Shown here: piece after piece, positions 60,341-64,000 of the stretch
How the letters are laid out: each line of letters opens with the position of its first letter
Numbering within the stretch: position 1 is the stretch's first letter
Source: Longimicrobiales bacterium
Lineage (GTDB): Bacteria; Gemmatimonadota; Gemmatimonadetes; Longimicrobiales; Gaopeijiaceae
Length of the DNA stretch: 64,000 bases
NCBI GenBank assembly: GCA_965218295.1
Contig: CBDCKN010000015.1
Coordinates: forward strand, 160,001-224,000
Direction of reading: 5' to 3'
Position numbers and translations under genes: made by a program
The notes under the pieces: model-generated
The model's input: the letters and a program-made list of their open reading frames with translations, nothing else
Databases searched by the model: none
What the model was told of the DNA's origin: nothing

Positions 60341-60988
60341 TCAGCCCCAGACGTCGAAGAACTCGACCTCCGACTCGGAGGGCGGAGCGGAGGGATGATC
60401 CCCGGTGAGGTGCCGGACGAGGGCCGCACACAGGTCGGTCATGACAGCCGGATCCAGGGAAAGCGCGCACGCTTCCAGGGACCGGCAGGTCGTCTCAACG
60501 GCCAGATCGGGGGAGGCGTGGTTGATAGCGGCGCTCCGGTCCAGGAGAAGGCGCCGCGAGCTCTCCAGCACCTTGGCCTTGAAGCGTACGGCGGCCTCGG
60601 AGGGGCCGGCACCAGGCCCATGGAGGGCCTGGGCCAGTCCATCACGCGCCACCCGGTGCATCAGCTCGAGCTCGGCGTAGAGCTTGGCCAATCCACTCAC
60701 CACCTCGGGGATGGCGCGATCGCCCCAGCTCAACTTCGTGGCTTCGTTCCAGCGCTCCTCGGCACTCTCCCAGATGCGCTCGTCCAGGTAGATGAGCAGG
60801 TCGTCCTTACCCTTGAAGCGGGCGTAGAAGGAGCCTACAGACGAGCCGGCGCGCCGGACGATGGCGTTGATGGTGGTGCCTTCCACCCCCTTCTCGGCGA
60901 TGAGCTCGAGGGCGGCCTGGGTGATCCGCTGCAGGGTCCGGCGGCTCCGGCTCTGCTTGGGCTGGCGAAGGTGCGTGTCACTCATCAT
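60341..60988 (-). CDS. TetR/AcrR family regulator
   Basis: PKQSRSR...TTINAI...SVGSFYARF. Confidence 0.88.
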   Translation of the reverse strand: MMSDTHLRQPKQSRSRRTLQRITQAALELIAEKGVEGTTINAIVRRAGSSVGSFYARFKGKDDLLIYLDERIWESAEERWNEATKLSWGDRAIPEVVSGLAKLYAELELMHRVARDGLAQALHGPGAGPSEAAVRFKAKVLESSRRLLLDRSAAINHASPDLAVETTCRSLEACALSLDPAVMTDLCAALVRHLTGDHPSAPPSESEVEFFDVWG

Positions 60989-61000
60989 AGGCGGAGGAAA

Positions 61001-61018
61001 TTAGTATACATATTCTAA
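61001..61018. promoter_or_regulatory. Imperfect palindrome, candidate TetR operator
   Basis: TTAGTATA-CA-TATTCTAA, 12 nt upstream of the start codon. Confidence 0.5.
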
Positions 61019-61115
61019 ATACGCTGATGAGCCCCGGTTCGCAACACATACGGGTTGCCTCTGGGCCGTCCTCGCGGCACTATTCCCGCACTCCCATCTC
61101 ACGGAGGACCACGAG

Positions 61116-61409
61116 TTGGCAAGTCGAGACCCGCTTCAGGAGATTCCCGGCGTCGGCCCAAGCATCAGTGCAGATCTTCGCGCGCTGGACATCGAGCGAG
61201 TGGCCGATCTGGCGGGCCGTGATCCGGAACAGCTCTACCAGCGGCTATGCGTGCTTCAGGGCGGGCCGGTGGACCGGTGCATGCTCTACGTGTTCCGCTG
61301 CGCCGTCTACTACGCCACCGAGGAGCGGCACGACCCCGAGCTTCTCCTCTGGTGGAGCTGGAAGAGCCGCACGGAGCTCGACGGAAAAGGCAGCGGCGGT
61401 AGTAGGTAA
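61116..61409 (+). CDS. Helix-hairpin-helix protein (Cdd1/'pathogenicity locus' family)
   Basis: IPGVGPSI..DL, DPEQLY, DRCMLYVFRCAVYYA and WWSWK; GGAGG RBS with TTG start. Confidence 0.82.
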   Translation: MASRDPLQEIPGVGPSISADLRALDIERVADLAGRDPEQLYQRLCVLQGGPVDRCMLYVFRCAVYYATEERHDPELLLWWSWKSRTELDGKGSGGSR

Positions 61410-61443
61410 GCGTGTACGTCCCACGAGCCCGAGCATCAGGCCA

Positions 61444-62084
61444 GTGTTGGAATCCAAGGCAGACCGCAAGCCGCAGCTCAACCGGCGCCAGGCTTTCCAG
61501 GCCGCGGCGTTCGACCTCGATGCCACGTTCGTGGCGGGCAGGCGGAGCTCCGGCGACGAGGTCCACCTCGAGCACGGTCCATGGAAGGTGATCCTCGACA
61601 CCTACGTCCAAAGCACCGGCCAAACGTCGGTCACGTATACGCGGGCGTGAGTCCTCTACCTAGCGAAGGAGGACTTCACGCTCCGCATCTCCCGGAGGAA
61701 CGTCTTACCCGAATCGCCGAGCTCTTCGGCTTCTACGGGCTCCTGGTCGGTGATCAGGAGCTCGAGGGCAAGTACACCATCAAGAGCTCGAGCGACGCCC
61801 GGGGAAGGTCCCTCATGATGGACCGACGGCTCCGGGAGCTGATCATGGTCCAGCCGTCGCTCGGGCTGGAGATCCGGCGGCTCTCGTGGGGGATGCGGAG
61901 GAAGAGGGGGGACAGCGTCCGGGCGGTGGCGGTCCAGACCACCGACGTGGTCACGGAGCCGGATCGCCTCGCGAACTACGTGCTCCTCGTGGCCAACACC
62001 CTCGACCAGCTCGTCCGCATCGGCGCGGCGTACGAGGAGCCCGTGGTCGAGGGTCGCACCTACGCTCTCCCCCGACGCGTGTAG
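61444..62084 (+). pseudogene. Hypothetical (DUF3137-like) gene with an internal stop and a frameshift
   Basis: Reading continues through TGA 61648-61650 (TYTRA*VLYLAKEDFTLRI) and shifts frame at about 61706 into TRIAELFG...GDQEL. Confidence 0.6.
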
Positions 62085-62208
62085 TGTGGTGTCCCAGAAA
62101 GTGTCTCGGCCATTGATCTCGCTGTGCTCGATCGTCTCGCGGTCAACTCAGCGCTCACGACGAGCATGAAGGTCGCTCGGCTCGAGCACCTCTGGGACAC
62201 CACACTAG
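62082..62208. mobile_element. 127-bp MITE-like element with 17-bp perfect terminal inverted repeats
   Basis: TAGTGTGGTGTCCCAGA ... TCTGGGACACCACACTA(G); TAG at both ends. Confidence 0.8.
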
Positions 62209-62278
62209 CCCAGGCGTCCGAGAGGGAACCTTGGCGGGTATGCTCCCGTGAAGGCATCACATCAGCCGGGAGGTCCGC

Positions 62279-62668
62279 GTGAAGGACGTGGCGAAGGGAG
62301 TGGGACTGGCGCTCGTGACGAGTGCCGGCCTGATGATGATCCCCGAGGGACTTGTGCTCCCTCTGGTGGCGATCTTCATGGGTGTGGCAGGCGGAGTCTA
62401 CGTGGGATTCGCCCTGAAGGACCCTGAAGCGAAGGAGGCACCCCTCCAGTGGGCGGGTGCGATCGTGTTCGCCGTGGCAGCCGCGCTGGGCCTGTGGGCG
62501 TCGCCCTGGTGGCTCGTCGCCGGGTGGGCGGCCCACGCCATCTGGGACGCCCTCCATCACGTTCAAACGCTGAAGACCCAGACGTCCCCCGGCTACCCCG
62601 GCCTCTGTGCCGCCTACGACCTGGCCCTGGTCGCTTTCCTGGCCTACTGGATCGGAGCCGGATCATGA
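62279..62668 (+). CDS. Membrane protein (DUF6010-like)
   Basis: VYVGFA, GWAAHAIWDALHH and YPGLCAAYD. Confidence 0.72.
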   Translation: MKDVAKGVGLALVTSAGLMMIPEGLVLPLVAIFMGVAGGVYVGFALKDPEAKEAPLQWAGAIVFAVAAALGLWASPWWLVAGWAAHAIWDALHHVQTLKTQTSPGYPGLCAAYDLALVAFLAYWIGAGS

Positions 62669-62729
62669 CGCCTTCCGCCAACCGTACGCGGCAGACCGCC
62701 GATCGAGACCCGCAATCGAGGACGTGACC

Positions 62730-63254
62730 ATGACTGACCCGAGGTATCCCATCGGACCCTTCCAGCCAGGGGGGAAGCTCACCCCGGAGGAGAGGGCCAC
62801 CCTGCTTCAGCAGATCGAGGAAGCGCCGGCACGGCTCCACGAGGCCGTGGCGGGCCTGGACGACGCCCAGTTGGACACGCCCTACCGGGAGGGCGGCTGG
62901 ACCGTCCGTCAGGTGGCCCACCACGTGGTCGACAGCCACATCAACGCCTACATGCGACTCCGCTGGGCCCTCACGGAGGACGCACCCACCGTCAAGGCGT
63001 ACGAGGAGAAGGACTGGGCCCAGCTTCCCGACGCGTCGTCTGCCCCTATTACGATGTCCCTGAATCTCCTGGACGCGCTACACGTGCGCTGGCTCACCCT
63101 CTGGCGTCTGATGAAGGAAGAGGACTTCGCGCGGACCTGGAAGGGGCCGGACTTCGACCACTTGCCCTTGGACGACCTTGTCAGGCTCTACGCCTGGCAC
63201 GGGCGGCACCACACGGCGCACATCACCTCGCTCAGGGAGAGGATGGGGTGGTAG
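62730..63254 (+). CDS. bstA: Bacillithiol transferase (YfiT/BstA, DinB superfamily)
   Basis: DPRYPIG, DTPYREGGWTVRQVAHHVVDSH and YAWHGRHHTAHI. Confidence 0.9.
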   Translation: MTDPRYPIGPFQPGGKLTPEERATLLQQIEEAPARLHEAVAGLDDAQLDTPYREGGWTVRQVAHHVVDSHINAYMRLRWALTEDAPTVKAYEEKDWAQLPDASSAPITMSLNLLDALHVRWLTLWRLMKEEDFARTWKGPDFDHLPLDDLVRLYAWHGRHHTAHITSLRERMGW

Positions 63255-63277
63255 GGGGGGTTAGTGATTCAGACAGC

Positions 63278-64000
63278 TTAGCTCACCGGGACGGGCTCTC
63301 CGAGGGAGACGCCGTCGAGGGTGACTCGGCAACGCCGGCCTAGCACTCGGACACCAGCCTTCCTGGCCTGAGCCAAAGCATCCGCGAAGCGGGGATCGAT
63401 CTCGCGAGCCGCCGAGATGGACCGGGCATCGGCTCGCTGGAGAACGAAGAGGACCGCCGCTTCCCAACCTTCCTTCCCCGCGAGATCGCGCAACTCCCTT
63501 ACGTGCCGAGCTCCTCTCTCAGTCACCGCGTCGGGAAAGAGGGCAACACCTTCCTCCACCAGAGTGACGCTCTTCACCTCCAGAACAAGCTGTCTCCCGT
63601 CCTCCCGTGACAGCAGAAAATCGAAACGAGATCTGCCGATGGTCACCTCGGACCGATCAAGCTTCCACCCACCGAGCTCCGGTATTGCGTCGACGGACAG
63701 CGCCCGGCCGATGAGTCGATTGGGGAGCGTAGTGTCCAGAGAGATCAGTCCATGACCCTCGGGAGCCTGGACCAGAACGGCCGACCACCTCGTCCTCCTC
63801 GCCGCGGACGCTGCACTCTGGAGCCAGATCGATCTCCCGGGAACCAGAAGCTCTAGCAGACGCCCCGGATCTGGAAGGTGGGCTTCGTACGGCCCGCCGC
63901 CTTCCACAGGCTCCGCCAAGACCAAGAAACGATTGGGACGCTCGACGAAGCGGGCTTCTAGGAGAGGGCCTTTGATAGGCTCGAATGGCTCAGCTCGCAT
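63278..64000 (-). CDS. sfsA: DNA/RNA nuclease SfsA (start at the window edge)
   Basis: RPNRF, HLPDPGRL, SRFDF, EVKSVTL and FPDAVTERGARH. Confidence 0.92.
   Translation of the reverse strand: MRAEPFEPIKGPLLEARFVERPNRFLVLAEPVEGGGPYEAHLPDPGRLLELLVPGRSIWLQSAASAARRTRWSAVLVQAPEGHGLISLDTTLPNRLIGRALSVDAIPELGGWKLDRSEVTIGRSRFDFLLSREDGRQLVLEVKSVTLVEEGVALFPDAVTERGARHVRELRDLAGKEGWEAAVLFVLQRADARSISAAREIDPRFADALAQARKAGVRVLGRRCRVTLDGVSLGEPVPVS

Noticed and set aside
61648..61650. In-frame TGA as selenocysteine or recoding
   Set aside because: Not a Cys-type motif context, the gene has a second lesion, and TGA is used as a normal stop throughout the window.

Overview
GC-rich bacterial chromosome segment, probably Gemmatimonadota. 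This is inferred from a Gemmatimonadota-type Ser/Thr-kinase leader remnant and from gene content, not from a marker gene. Most of the window is housekeeping and stress genes: a PIG-L deacetylase, an NSS transporter, a domain-swapped LeuD-LeuC/aconitase-like fusion, two tRNAs, fabI, polX-ligA, an ECF sigma/anti-sigma locus, an M6 protease-patatin operon, a complete SUF operon, fadI, a damaged 4-hydroxybenzoyl-CoA-reductase-like (hcrCAB) cluster, bacillithiol-linked genes, ccdA-dsbA, MarR-arsM, two TetR genes and sfsA. Main unexplained structure: (i) several non-autonomous terminal-inverted-repeat elements (MITE-like), each sitting exactly on a TAG stop codon, with one supplying a gene's C-terminus and a diverged end at the point where hcrB is truncated; (ii) a lower-GC island at about 52.6-57.9 kb of short, mostly co-oriented genes separated by degenerate attC-like hairpins, with a toxin-antitoxin pair and a Sel1 array with hypervariable codons; (iii) a Cys-rich MarR sharing a GTTG-N7-CAAC operator with an atypical arsM; (iv) at least seven 1-2 bp frameshifts, mostly in short base runs, that look like sequencing or assembly indels. 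All calls come from motif recognition; no searches were run.
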